From: Malacoraja senta | Lineage: Eukaryota | NCBI GenBank assembly: GCA_038087875.1 | Contig: CM075989.1 | Span: 11,346,001 to 11,410,000, forward strand | DNA length: 64,000 nucleotides | Reading direction: 5' to 3' | Shown here: in pieces, positions 13,414 through 25,951 of the stretch | Layout: each line of letters starts with the position of its first letter | Position numbering within the stretch: position 1 is the first letter of the stretch | Notes under the pieces: model-generated | What the model was told of the DNA's origin: nothing | Database searches by the model: none | What the model saw: only the letters and a program-made list of their open reading frames with translations | Program-made: the position numbers and the translations under genes

Positions 13414-14574
13414 CTGCAAAAAAATAATTGAGAGATTAAGTAGTCAGATCATTTTTTCCAGAATGGAAAAAGGTTAAGGGATGACTGATAGATATCTACA
13501 AGATAATCACAGGATTTGCAGGGGTAAGGAAAGGTGGAATAGTGAGTGGCATGGTGCTGCAGTTAGTAGGGCAATTGATTCACAGCTCCAGCGTCTCAGG
13601 TTCAATCCTGATCTTTGGTGCTGCCTATGTGATGTTTGCACGTTCTCCCTGTGTTTCTTCTCACATCCCAAAGATGCAGGTTAATTGGATATTATTTCTG
13701 GCGTGGATGGGCGGTAGGAGAAACAGGTAAGAGTGTGCATGTGAGGGGGTATTGTTTGTGGAGGAACAGGATCATTTGAGACCTGGCATTGTTTCAACAT
13801 GTTGAATGGCCTCCACTGTCAGACAATATAGAACATAGAACAGAACAGCACATGAACAGACTTGTCTTTGCTAACCATGGTACCAATCTAAACTGCACAT
13901 CTGCCTGCAAATGGTCTGTATCTCTCCATCCCCTGCCTGTTCATGTGTCTATTTTAATGCCTCTTAAGCAGTACGATCCGATCTGCGATTACCACTTCCC
14001 CTGGCAGTGCGTTCCATGCACCTACTACCTCTCTGTGGAAAAAAAAACTTGCTTTTCAAGTCTCATTTACACTTTCACCTTCTCACCGTAAAGCTATGTG
14101 TTCTAGTTCCAAACATTTCTACCCAGGGGGAAAAAAGACTCTGACTATCTAACCTACCTATGCAGCTCATAATTTTATATTCGTTAATCAGCCTCAGCCT
14201 TTCGACACAACAGACAAAACTATCCAAGCTTTTCCAACTGCTCCTTATAACTAAGGGTGACGCAGTGCCGCAGCTGGTAGAGCTGTTACCTCACAACATT
14301 AGAGACCAGGGTTCAATCCTGACCTTGGGTGCTGTCTGCGTGGAGTTTGCACACTTTCCCTGTCACCACGTGGGTTTTCTCTGGGTGCCCTGGTTTCCTC
14401 CCACATCCCAATGATGTGCAGGAATGTGGGTTAATTAGCCTCTGTATTGTGTAGGGAGCGAATGAGAAAGTGGGATACATAGAGCTAGGGTAAATGGGTC
14501 ATCGATATTCAGCAATGGACTCAAGGGGCCAAAGGGCATATTTCCATGCTGTATCTCTAATCTAAATCAAAAAC

Positions 14575-15300
14575 CCTTTAATATGGAAGTCATGATGAAG
14601 CTTTATAGAACTTTGGTAGGGTGGGAGGTTGCAATCTTCACGTGGTCCGCCCTGTTTCGACAAATGCAATCAACCTGGTGTTCACAAACAAATAAGATCA
14701 AATAGAACAAGTTGTCCTACAACTTTAGGCTGTGCACGCCATACGCAAGAAGAAGAGATAGGACTTTGGGTAGGCCGCAAATGGAGTATTGCATGCAGTA
14801 CAAGTTGCCCCATTCCTGGAAGGATGTGGAGGCTTTGGAAAGGGTGTTGAGGAGGTATATCAGAATGATGCCTGGATCAGGGGGTATTAGCTACAGGGAG
14901 AGTTTGGACAGACTCGATTGTTGTCTCTGGAACGCCGGAGGTTGCGGGGTGACCTGATAGAAGTATATAAAATGGTGAGAGGCATAGATAAGGTAGACAG
15001 TCAGAACCTTTTTCCCAGGATAGGAAAATCAAATACTAGAGGGCATAGCTTTAAGGCTTTAATGTGAAAGAAGCAATCTTTAAAGGAAATGCGAGGGGCA
15101 GGTTTTTTCACACAGAGAGTGGTGATTGCCTGGAACACGCAGCCAGGGTTGGTGGTGGAGGCAGATATGATAGTGGCATTTAAGAGCCTTTTGGATAGGC
15201 ATATGAATATGCAGGGAATGGAAGGATATGGATTTTGTGCAGGCAGATAAGAGTTGGGCTTGGCGTTACATTTTGCATAGACATGGTAGACCAAAGGGCC
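14575..15300 (+). mobile_element. CR1 LINE 3' fragment(s)
   Basis: RPQMEYC...KDVEALERV motifs and a CR1-type 3' UTR. Confidence 0.8.
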
Positions 15301-15313
15301 TGTTCTTATGCTG

Positions 15314-15413
15314 ATAGACACAAATTGCTGGAGTAACTCAGCGGGACAGGCAGCATCTCTGGAGAGGAATGGGTGACGTTTCGGGTCGAGACCCTTCTTC
15401 AGACTCATCTTAT
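15314..15413 (-). mobile_element. About 100-bp Penelope-terminus mini-element with hammerhead core
   Basis: 13-bp TSD TGTTCTTATGCTG at 15301 and 15414. CTGAAGAAGGGTCTCGACCCGAAACGTC on the minus strand at 15375-15402. Confidence 0.8.
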
Positions 15414-16020
15414 TGTTCTTATGCTGTACTGTTCTATGTTCTCTGTAATCCAGCCAGCATTCTTCCCAGGTAAACATCTTCTGCACCCTCTTAAATGCCT
15501 CCACATCCTTCCTGAATGTGGTGACCACAACTGCAAATGTGGTGACACAATACTCCAAATGTGTCCGGACCAAACTTTTATGCAGCTGCAACATGATTTC
15601 CTAACTATGATACCCAAGAGGCAATGTTTTGATTTTGGGCTGAAGAAGGGTCATGTCCATTCCCTCCACAGATGCTGCCTGACCTGCTGAGTTCCTTTCA
15701 ACACATTTTGCCCACATCTGATGTGGATTTACCCAATGACACCCGCTCCTGATCTTCTCTCCCAACTCCTGCCTAATACTATTGTTATTAGTCTTTCCCC
15801 AGAGGAAGTGTCATAAAGGAATATGAGGAGATAGTTCCAGGAAATACTGGAAACATCCGACAGACTTGGCAGCAACTAAGGAAACTGGGGGGAAAAAAAC
15901 CCAAACATTGCCTCTCTCTCTCTCTCTCTCTCCACAAATGCTGACTGAGCTGCTGTTTGTTGCCTCAACAAACACAGTATTCCCAACCATCTCCAGGAGT
16001 AACTATGATGGACTACTTAC

Positions 16021-16109
16021 TGGAGGTCAAGCAGTAGTTGAGGTCGCATACTCTGCACAGTTTCCACAGTGAGGACAAAGCTGTTCAGTACTTCCAACAA
16101 ACAACTTCT
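16021..16109 (-). CDS. STRC: Stereocilin exon 17, RSCLLEVL...PQLLLDLQ
   Basis: 89 nt, phase 0-2, ACAG| and |GTAAGT boundaries. Resembles human RACIWAEL...KLLLDLP. Confidence 0.86.
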
Positions 16110-18085
16110 CTGTGTAAATAAGAGCATGTTACTTCAAATGTTTTTAAACATTTCTTTTAATAATCCTGAGTTTTAATAAGAGCAGCTACACTTTTGAGTT
16201 TAATTGAAGAGGGAGCCACATTATTGGTTTAACCAATTGAATGCGATGGTATGGACAGAAGTCGTGTGGTCCATTGCACGAGAATACTTAAAGGGTTTAG
16301 AGTGCTATTTTACAGAGCATTGGAGGAAGATTAAACTAGATTCAGTGTGGTACAGAGAAGATTCACATCATTCAGGTGCAAAAGGCTTGGATGTTTCCCC
16401 AGAACAGAGACTGGAATTGGGGCATCACCTCAGTAGTTTATGGACTGAGATGAAGAGAAATTTATTTATAGAGGACTGTATAACTTTGGAATTCTCTGTC
16501 TCATTGGACTCAATTAATTGTCTCAAAGTGAAGGTTCCCCCAAGAGGCAAAGATGATAATATAATTGAAATTTATATTCAGTTTGGGGAAAGAGTAGAAT
16601 GGCCATAGAAAAGTATTTTGAGTTTATTTAAACTAACTTTGAAAGGGCAAGAGGGTATGAAAACAAAGGTAGCTAAAGTGAATTGGCAGATTAGATTAAT
16701 AGATTGGTCAATTTAAATGCAGTGACTGATATTTAAGGGAATACACAGAATAGATAAATTCCATTGGGAAAAAACATATTCCAGGGGAGGGCCACTGTCC
16801 GTGGCAACTAGAAAAGTTAAAGTAATATCGAACAAACAAACAGTATATTAAATATTTTCTTACAGTATAGAAAATGCTATTTGGCCCATCCAATCTACGC
16901 CAGCATTCAGAACAATTGCATCAATTCTATTCCCCCACTTCCTTTCTCATGCCACTGACATCCCGATGACTCTCCCACTAGCTACCAGCACAAGGGGAAA
17001 TTTTCAGCAGCCAACTCCAACACCAGCCTATTTAATTACACACAGGCAGCTCAGAATATTGGAAGGAACATAACAAAATACACAAAAGAATGACAGAAAG
17101 GTTTGAGAGTGGTAAAGTAACACAGCTATAAATCAGAGATTGGAAGGGAGAGATAAAATCAGGACAATTACAGATACCAGGGAAGCACGGGTTTGTACTG
17201 GACACGTCTCACGGTCCAGACGCACTTCATCCTTGGATCGGAAAAGAAGCGGTTGGTGAGTAGGTCACTTCATTGGTGTCAATTTTCACAATTTCCCAGT
17301 CAGTGTAACATCAGTCCGTAGGAAACTGTTAAAAGCTATTGTTAAAGATGTGGTAGCAGGCACTTAGATTCAGGCAAAGTGAGCAGTGATATGGATAGAG
17401 GGGTGCTGCTGGATGTCCTGCAGGTGGGTGGAAGACAACAATCAGATTGACCATGGGACACTAGAAATGTCTGTCCATTTCCTTTTGCAGATGCTGCCTG
17501 ACTCAATGACTTCCTCCAGCAGTTTGTTTTTTACTCAAGAAGATCAGCCATGATCTTGTTAAACAGTGGAGTAGACTGTAACCCTGCAAATTGGAGGAGC
17601 AGCACCTCATATTTCGCTTGGGTAGTTTACACCACAATGGTAAGGACATTGACCTCCAATTTCAGATAGACCTTGCTTTCTCCCTCCTATTCCTAGCTCT
17701 CCCACAGCCCACTGAATCTGCCTTTTCCTTTCTTCTTCCCCCTCCCCCCCTCCACCCCCACATCAGTCTGAAGAAGGGTCTCGACCTGAAACATCACCTA
17801 TTCCTTCGCTCCATAGATGCTGCCTCACCCGCTGAGTTTCTCCAGCATTTTTGTCTACCTTTGTTAAAAAGTGGTGCGGGACAGAGGGACCAAGTGGTCA
17901 ATTACTGCTCTTAGTTTGTATGTTTGTATCCTCAGCCGCTGATATCAATACATATTTAATATTGCAGGATTCTGGAACTGTTGGGATAAAAGAACAATGT
18001 GACTAGTGTAAGATTGGTTGTGTGCAGGGTAAAGTTGCAGCATGGACTATACCTGCTGCAGTGCCTGGTGCTCTCATAAACTTAC

Positions 18086-18209
18086 CAGAGACACTGGCAA
18101 TTCAATCGGCAGGTCTCGGAAGAATTGCAGCAGCTTCAGGAATGTATTGGGCGTGGAAAGTTGTTTCAGGGTTGCACAGTCTACACCTTGTGCCACAAAA
18201 CCAAGGGAG
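18086..18209 (-). CDS. STRC: Stereocilin exon 16, SLGFVAQGVDCATL...LPVSL
   Basis: 124 nt, phase 2-0. Resembles human ALGTLAGGMSCEFL. Confidence 0.9.
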
Positions 18210-18499
18210 CTAAAGAATGAATGAAGTGTTAAATATGCCAAAAATAAAATCACAAATTCCCACATAATTAAACAGTTTTTGCACAAAACCAGCAAAATGT
18301 GCAAGTGTGCCAGCTTATTGTCCAATTCCTGAACTGAAGAGACAGTTCAGAATCAACCATAGGGAGTCATGTGCAGGCCAGAGTGGGTATGGACAGCAGA
18401 TTTAACCTCCCTGAACGATAACAGTGAACTTATGGGTTTTTACAACAATCCACTAACATTAGCTGTTTCCAAATTCCTGATTTATTTAGCTACTTGAAT

Positions 18500-19270
18500 C
18501 TGCACCGAAGAAGCGTGGTGGAGTACAAACACCATCAGCATAAATGTTGATGAAGTGGAAACGGTTGAGAGCTTCAAGTTTCTTGGCGTAAATATTACCA
18601 ACAATGTGTCGTCAACCAACCACATTGATGCAACAGCCAAGAAGGCACATCAACACCTCTACTTCCTGCAGAGACTGATGACATTCATCATGTCACCGAT
18701 GACTCTTGCAGACTTCTATAGATGCACCATAGAAAACATTACTTTTGGGGTAACGTGGTTTGGGAACAACTCTGCCTAAGATCACAAGAAATTGCAGAGA
18801 GTTGTAGATGTAGCCCAGTCCATCATACAGAGCAGACTCCGCACTTCACTTCTATCTACACTTCATGCCAGCTCAGAAAATCAGCCAGCATAATCAAATA
18901 CTTGTCCCACCTCGGTCATTCCCTCTTACCCCAGCTCCCATCTGGCAGGAGGTACAGAAGCTTGAAAGTGTGCATCACTAGACTCAGAAACAGCTTAATT
19001 CTTTCATTCATCAGGCTTATGTATGGTCCTTCCATAAGCTAGAGTACTGTCCGATCCACCTCTACCTCATCACGGACATTGTCTAAGGAACCAATGCACT
19101 ACAATGCTGAGAACTACATTCTGCACTCTGTATCTTCCCCTTTGCTCTGTCTCTTGTACTTGAGAATTACTTGATTACATTAATGTATAGTATTATCTGA
19201 TCGGATTGAATGGCATGCAAAACAAAGCTTTCACTTTACCTCGATACACATGACAATAAGGATTAAACCT
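18500..19270 (+). mobile_element. Rex1/Babar LINE 3' fragment
   Basis: VESFKFLGVNIT...AKKAHQHLYFLQRL...FYRCTIE and LPSGRRYRSL motifs. Confidence 0.82.
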
Positions 19271-20022
19271 ACAAAGAGTAGTAAATGTGGCAAATGTCAA
19301 CACCTTCAAGTCATGAATTTACATGCATTTCTTCATCGTTCCTGTGTCCAAATCTGTGTAAAACCCAACAGCACTGTGGGAATGGACTAAAGCAATTCAC
19401 AAACCTACAATGGGAATACAGTTCTGGTGCAGGGAAAACCACTTGGTCTCTCAAACCCACACCCACCTTTAATAAGATTGCGGCTGATCTGAATGTGACC
19501 TCAACACCTCGTCCCCACCTTCTCCCAGAAAACCTGTCATCCCCTTACTGATCAAGAATCTATCTACCTCTGTCTCAAAAATGTTCTGAGATTGTTTCTA
19601 CCACCCTTCAAAAACAAGAGTTCAAAAGATTCATAACTCGTTGAGAAAAAGCAAATTGCCTCCTCTTTGTCTTAAATGGATGACTCCTTATTTTTAAATA
19701 GTGACTCGTGGTTTCAGGTTCTCTCACAAGAGGAAATATCCTCGCCACATCCACCATGTTAAGACCCCACAGGATCTTATCTTTCAATCACTTCCTCCTA
19801 TCCTTCTGACCTGCAGTGGATTAATGCCTAGCAACTCAACTTTTACGCATAAAATAATCTGCAGGTTCTGGGTATCAATGTAGTAAATCACATCTGAAAT
19901 GTTTCCATCATATTTACATTCTTCCTTTAAATAAGGAAACACTGAATGGATGCAGATGTGATCTCATCACCACCCAACAAGAAGTAGAATCTCTCTACTT
20001 TGGTATTCAATTCCCCTAACAA

Positions 20023-21125
20023 TCTATCTATACATAACTAAAACTCTGACCTTGTTATTTTCCAGTTTGGCGGTCTTTCTATTTACGTAAAAACAGTTCG
20101 CGATTGCGCTACGATTTTTACCAGTTCACTCACCGTTCTCCTGTGCTGCGAATGCACCAAGATTTGTTCCGATCGGTTGAATGTCGTAAAAGTTAGCGAG
20201 GTTTAAAAATCTTAAAAACCGCACGTGTGCAGATCGATCTCTTCTCCTGCCAGTCAGCGCCGCGCGGATTAGTCTCTTCCCCTGTCACTCTCCGGGACGG
20301 TCCGCCCCTTCCTGCGCCATCGCGTCTTTACTGGAGCCGAAGATGGTCGGCGGAGGTTTCCAACTGGACTGTTGGAGGGACCCGAAGCAGCCCAGCCCAG
20401 CCCCAAGCAGCCCCGCCCCAAGCAGCAGCCCAGCGTCGGAGACCCAACCCAGCGTGGGAGACCCAGCCCAGAGTCGGTGACCCAGCCCTGCCCGGAGTCG
20501 GAGATGTCACCAAACTCTGATCCCGGCAGAGGAGAATGACCAGCGACCAGCGCCCGCTGTGAGTCCCCATCGCACCGCCAATTCCAGCCACAACCCCTCT
20601 GGTCCCCCTCGCTGGCTCCTCCCCCCCTCCCCTGTGATGCCCCCCTCTCCCCCATGGCTCTTCCCCGAGCTACCTCCCTCCCCCCACAACTCCCATCCGC
20701 CCACACCACTCTCCCTCCACACCCCCCGCCCACACACACACTCCACCCCACACACACACCCGCACTAACACTCCACACACACACACACACCCTTGCTCCC
20801 ACAACCCCGCCCCCACAACCCTCTCTTCCCCCCACACCCCGCCACCCACCCACCCACCAACCAACCACACCCGCCTCCCACACACCCCGCCCCCCACACG
20901 CCCTCCCCGCCTCCACAACCCCCCGCCCCCACAACCCCCCGCCCCCACAACCCCCCACCCCCACAACCCCCTCTCCCCCACAACCCGGGGATGAGGGGAA
21001 ATGAGCCGCGCCTGCGCAGTTAGGGACTATCGGGTGAGTAGTGGAATATTGCATTGGGGAATGGGTTGCGTTGGGGGACCAGGCCTCCCGTGTGACTGGG
21101 ACCCAACGGGTCCCACTTAGTCTAG
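20023..21125 (+). mobile_element. Non-autonomous Helitron
   Basis: A|TC 5' end and CTAG|T 3' end. Hairpin TGGGACCC-AAC-GGGTCCCA at 21097-21115, about 10 nt from the end. No TSD. GC-rich interior. Confidence 0.8.
20620..20985 (+). repeat. C/A-rich low-complexity minisatellite (CCCCCACAACCCCCCG-like) inside the Helitron
   Basis: Direct inspection. It explains the spurious Pro/Gly-rich ORFs. Confidence 0.9.
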
Positions 21126-21506
21126 TAAATAATAATTGTTTTAGCTTCACTAATTACTTGCTTAACCTGCCCTATGCAAATTATGCACCAGGTACCAAGA
21201 TCTCTCCCTATCTTAGCCTGAAATCATAACACTGTATAACAGAGTAAAAAATAAGTGTCTGGTTAATATTGAGTGTAGCAGAGACTTTGCAAAGGCTCTC
21301 AGTGTAGATCAGGGGAGAAAAAACTAAGATTCCCAGCAGTGGAAAGATTGAACATCAGGATGAGTCATGATGAGATATTCTGTGCAACCCTCTTATGATT
21401 AGCACCATCTCTAGGTCCAGACATGGTATGTGGCAGATGCCTCATATTCAACCAGCTCTGTGCCTCAGTACAGTTCCACTCCCTCAAAACTAACCAATGC
21501 ACTTAC

Positions 21507-21571
21507 CTTAAGATATCTTCAGTAATATTGTAGCCATTTGCTTCCAAAACTTTTCCAAAGAGCATCTGAGC
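21507..21571 (-). CDS. STRC: Stereocilin exon 15, AQMLFGKVLEANGYNITEDIL
   Basis: 65 nt, phase 0-2. Resembles human AQFLWKK...NLT. Confidence 0.86.
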
Positions 21572-21932
21572 CTGTGATAAGAGATTAAGCATCAGATGTA
21601 ACACAGTAACATGTAGTTTCCAAGTATACTTTCTTTAAACTTTTTTCCCTGGCAGCTAATACGCGCACCTTTTCCATAAACCATTGTTTTTCATGAATAA
21701 ACCCAGAGAGCGAGAGTCAGTCACAGTCTACATTACAAGCAAATCCAATCTTCTCCAAAGCCACAATGTGCCAGATAGCAAGGCTTTCCAGTCAGGAATC
21801 AGGAATGGAAATCCAGTTCCTAAACACAGATGGTTCCTGCCTTACCCCAACCTGCTACTGGGGACAACCTCTTAATATTTTATTTAATGCACAATAAAAA
21901 GCAATAAAAAATGAACAAATGTAAAATATTAC

Positions 21933-22070
21933 CTGTTGCACCGACCACTTCATTTGCGATAAGTCATCGGCATTGGACAATAGTATCTTCACCTTTGACC
22001 TCAAGGATATTAGAGGAATGTCCTTTGTAAGAGAATCCAGTTTTTTGAAGAAATTTATATTGTCTGATTC
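21933..22070 (-). CDS. STRC: Stereocilin exon 14, ESDNINFFKKL...IPLISL...KWSVQQ
   Basis: 138 nt, phase 0-0. End resembles human WELPWSEQQ. Confidence 0.88.
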
Positions 22071-23899
22071 CTGGCAATAAAAGCATAGACGGGTTTAACA
22101 AATGGAAATACACTGGATTTAGAATTAGCTGTAGAATCTTAGAATCAGGGACGATTGAGAGATCAGAATTGGAGAAGAACAGGTACCATGTTAATTAAAG
22201 AGATCATTGAAAGAGGGTGGGATGTGATCACAGAGGCAGGTATAAAGGTTTTGACTCGTAAGCTTGCTTAATTGGGAGACAGCACAGGTGACAAAGCACT
22301 CAAAGCTCTTACACGAACTGGAAATAATTAAGAAATAATATCACTAAATATATTTAACAAAGTAATTGAATGGTCTGATTTAGGAGACTGATTTCTGAGG
22401 TCAGTTTACTGCAGCATCAAGTTACTGTAAACTCAGACTTGTTCTTGGTACAAGTGAGGTGTCGGAATACTTTAACCAATCACTCACCTCGACCCGGTTC
22501 AAATATCATTCATTAATGAAACTTCACACTGCCAAAATCCCTTTACAAACTATAGGTTTATCTATAATTCAGGATCTGTCCAGCCACACAGTCCTTTGCT
22601 CTGCTACACCTTTATCAACTAACACTGATAAAGTAATCAAATATTTAAATTATTTTGAAATGTTAATTCCCTGATGTGATTAATGCAAACGTCATGGTCA
22701 AAATCATTGTTTTTTGATGTGTGGAAGGCTAAATGCCTAAATGCTAAATGCCTGTAGAATGCCTAAATTCTGTCAGTGTTATGGACACTGGAAAAGCAAG
22801 AACCATTTTCTTTAATAACAGGGGACCTCTTGGAGAGGGGCGAACATAAATAGTTCTGCTGGAGTAAATTAAGAGAGAAAATCTGGTGGCAGAAGGATTG
22901 GTAGTCGGCGATTGAAGGTGAGTGGCAAGAGAACAGGATTACATTTCTCAGTAGATTGTGATCTGGAAGAGAACACGTGTTTGGCTGGGACTCTACACCT
23001 CATCTTGGTGCACTGATTCATTCAAGGTCCAATGGAGTAGATTACCATCCTCAAAGGAATTCTCTCCAATTGTTCCCCTTTCCCAGCTTCTGCAGAAGAT
23101 TCAGGTCTGGCACTCTGTGCTTGAAGCTAGAAGATCATCATTTCAGACTACACTTTGCTGATTTGAGGATGTAATCTAGTTTGACATTGCTACACAATGT
23201 TGAGGGAGCACCATCTCTTGAATAAGACATTGAACCAAGCCTTCATCTATCTGTTCAAGTGAATGGAAAAGCAAACTCCCTGGTTCTGTTGTCCTGACCA
23301 ACATTTCCTACTTCTGTGGTACATGACCAACTCCTCAAACGGTGCTGGAATTTGCTTGGGATGAGGACAAAATCTCTTCTGGCATTGATTGTAGTTCAAT
23401 AACTATCAACATTTTATGGTTTGGATCCAAGCAACTTGATTTGATGGACTGTGCCGTGAAAGGAAAGGCAGTTGCAATTCTATTGCATCTTTCATGGACT
23501 CAGAACATCCCAAAACCTCACAACAAATTGAAGAGTAGTCACGGCTGCAATGCTGTATACTCTGCAGCCAATTTTCCTGCAATAAGCTCCTACAAGCAGT
23601 AAAGAGATAATGGTCAGGTCGGCCGTTTTAGTGATTTGACTGATGGATCAAAGACATCAGCTTGGCACAGGTTATATAGAGAGGGCTTCTCTCAAGGTCT
23701 CATCTGAAAGATGGGACCTTTGACTTACAGACTGTTCCTTCAGTGAGTTAAAGGACTGAACTGTAGTCCTTCTCCAGCTATTTGTCACTCCACCCACTGC
23801 AGGGGGACTTGGAAACCCTCGGATGCAAAATTGAAAGCCCCATTGCCTGAGGTATGTGACACAGAGTTAGATGAGTGAGTGAAGGTTTCTAATACCAAC

Positions 23900-24067
23900 C
23901 CAGAGCTTGTTTACAGCCATCAGTTTCTGAACAGGACTCAGTTTCCCCTCGTTTGCTGCCATGCTGGGTAAGATGTGCATGAGTAGAGCAGGTGGAATGA
24001 CTCGCAGTGTGTTCGGCCTGAGGCCAACCACAGTGGAGCCCAGACTGTCCAGCAGCTCCTCCGTAAT
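23900..24067 (-). CDS. STRC: Stereocilin exon 13, ITEELLDSL...GLRPNTLRVIP...LSPVQKLMAVNKLW
   Basis: 168 nt, phase 0-0. Resembles human GLSPQTLQAIP...LSACQ. Confidence 0.88.
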
Positions 24068-24166
24068 CTGCAGAGAGAAAGGAAGAGTGAGCAATGCTTC
24101 AAATCCTGTCCCACCACTGCTGGGGGCAACAGGTCTGGAACCCATTCTAACTGGTGCAATACTCAC

Positions 24167-24205
24167 AGATGTATTCTGTAGAATCTTGTCAATTATTGCC
24201 CTTGC
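24167..24205 (-). CDS. STRC: Stereocilin exon 12, ARAIIDKILQNTS
   Basis: 39 nt, phase 0-0, TTTCAG| and |GTGAGT boundaries. Confidence 0.82.
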
Positions 24206-25040
24206 CTGAAATAGACACAACAGATAGGTTATACAGACAGATACACAAACCCAAGACGTGTTTGACTGGAGTTCTGTTAAATTGAATCTTACACCAATTA
24301 AGAGAGAGAAGATTTGCAACACTAACATCACTTCTATAAATATAGTGAAATTAAATTTGAGATCATTTTACTTAGACTGGGCAGAGAGTTAGTATAGAAA
24401 CGGCACCACGTAAGAAATGGAAGCAGGAGGATGCCATTCAGCTCCATTGCACAGTAATTTTACTTATACTTGCTGACTATGACACCAATAGAGGCTGTTA
24501 GGCCCATCAACTCCATGCTGTTCCTACCTGAACAATCCCATCAATCTCTTTTGCCCTCTTCTTATTTCCCTGCGGTCCAGCCACATTCTCTCTCATGCAC
24601 CCATCTGCTCCCCTTTAGTTTATTAAGGGCAACCAAGGATACATGTTCCATTCCCGGGAATCTACTTTACTGGAGCTCCGTGCTTGTGCCCCCACCGACT
24701 TGTGTCCCTTTTCTTAGACCAGCTTGTGGCAGTCGTATCCACCGTGGACAAGGAGGAGGGGAACAGAAATGTCATTGTAACTTGCTTCATGATTCTAGAA
24801 CCACAACATGGTGTTTAACTAACGTAACCTACTGCTACCGTTAACAAATCCAATGAATCAAAAGTCTCCACCGCAGGCTGAAGCCTGAATTGTCCCAGCT
24901 ATCACAGTCAGAATGGCTGGCAGGTGGTGGACTGTGAAGTTGAAGTGCAGCCCACTCTCCCCAGCTCACTGTTATTGCAATATTTTATCGCCCATCAATC
25001 ATTCTCCTCATTCATAACCCCACAAACTCTGTTTCACTAA

Positions 25041-25291
25041 AGGGCCTGTCCCACTTAGGCGATTTTTTCAGCGACTTGCCGGCACCCGTCATAGTTGCAG
25101 CAGGTCGCCGAAAATGTTCAGAATGTTGAAAATCCAGCGGCGTCCAGAAACAGGTACGACTCTTTGTGCGACTACTTATGACCAAACAGGCATCACCCCC
25201 CGACATGTCGACACGTGACGCCTGTATGGAAAATTTTCGGCGACCTGCTGTGATAGTCGCCGAAGAAAATCGCGTAAGTGAGACAGGCCCT
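25041..25291. mobile_element. PIF/Harbinger-type MITE, second family
   Basis: TIRs AGGGCCTGTCCCACTTAGGCGATTTT and AAAATCGCGTAAGTGAGACAGGCCCT. TAA TSD at 25038-25040 and 25292-25294. Confidence 0.85.
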
Positions 25292-25431
25292 TAATTCAGG
25301 AAATCTTCTGAATCTCTTTTTTTTCTTCCCTCCTCCCAATTACAATTTCAAGAAAATCGGCTATAAACAGAATATTATAAAGATAAAACTGCAATTACGT
25401 GACAGTGCTGAATTAACCATAGAAATTGTAC

Positions 25432-25614
25432 CTGGGCAGAAGAGAGGTTTACTGTACTGAGCTCCGGGAGTATGGATTGGATCTGCACAGGGTGAAGCTG
25501 TTTTATAAAGGACAATCCCAGGATTGGGAGAAGACTAATCATACTCGACAACTCATTCGTTACCAAGAGTCCTTCATTTGTTATACCGTTTGTTCTGACC
25601 AAAAAATCTCTAAG
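25432..25614 (-). CDS. STRC: Stereocilin exon 11, LRDFLVR...LGLSFIKQL...LSSAQ
   Basis: 183 nt, phase 0-0. Resembles human LGLRFLQELSEPQLRAMLP...TPAQ. Confidence 0.88.
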
Positions 25615-25818
25615 CTGCACACACGAAGAGAAAGGGGCAATAATGACATTAGTAATAACATCATCCAGTAATTTCAAGATCATCCATACTGATACTTTTT
25701 CATTCCAGATTAAAATAATTAACATAGACTTCAGAAGCTCAAATGCAAGGCGGCAGATGTTTAAATTAAGCCTCTGGATTCTAGTCCAGCAACTTAGTTG
25801 CCACTGCTGAAGACTCAC

Positions 25819-25951
25819 CAGTTCATTTGGAACAAAAATCTCATCGCCAATGCAGTTCAATAGCTGTTCCTTGATAATAACAAACATTTGAAGATTCTGT
25901 TTGTAGGGTTTCAGATCCTGGGAGGATGCAGAACAAATCAATCTGCCCAGC
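25819..25951 (-). CDS. STRC: Stereocilin exon 10, LGRLICSASSQDL...LLNCIGDEIFVPNEL
   Basis: 133 nt, phase 2-0. Resembles human RLGPLACFLSPEEL...LLEC. Confidence 0.88.

Noticed and set aside
15733-15875. Alternative phase 0-2 exon candidate (LLPSLSDVSS...)
   Set aside because: No similarity to stereocilin. The exon at 16021-16109 fits the homologous position.
20227-21229. Cluster of Pro/Gly/Thr-rich ORFs
   Set aside because: Products of the low-complexity interior of the Helitron.
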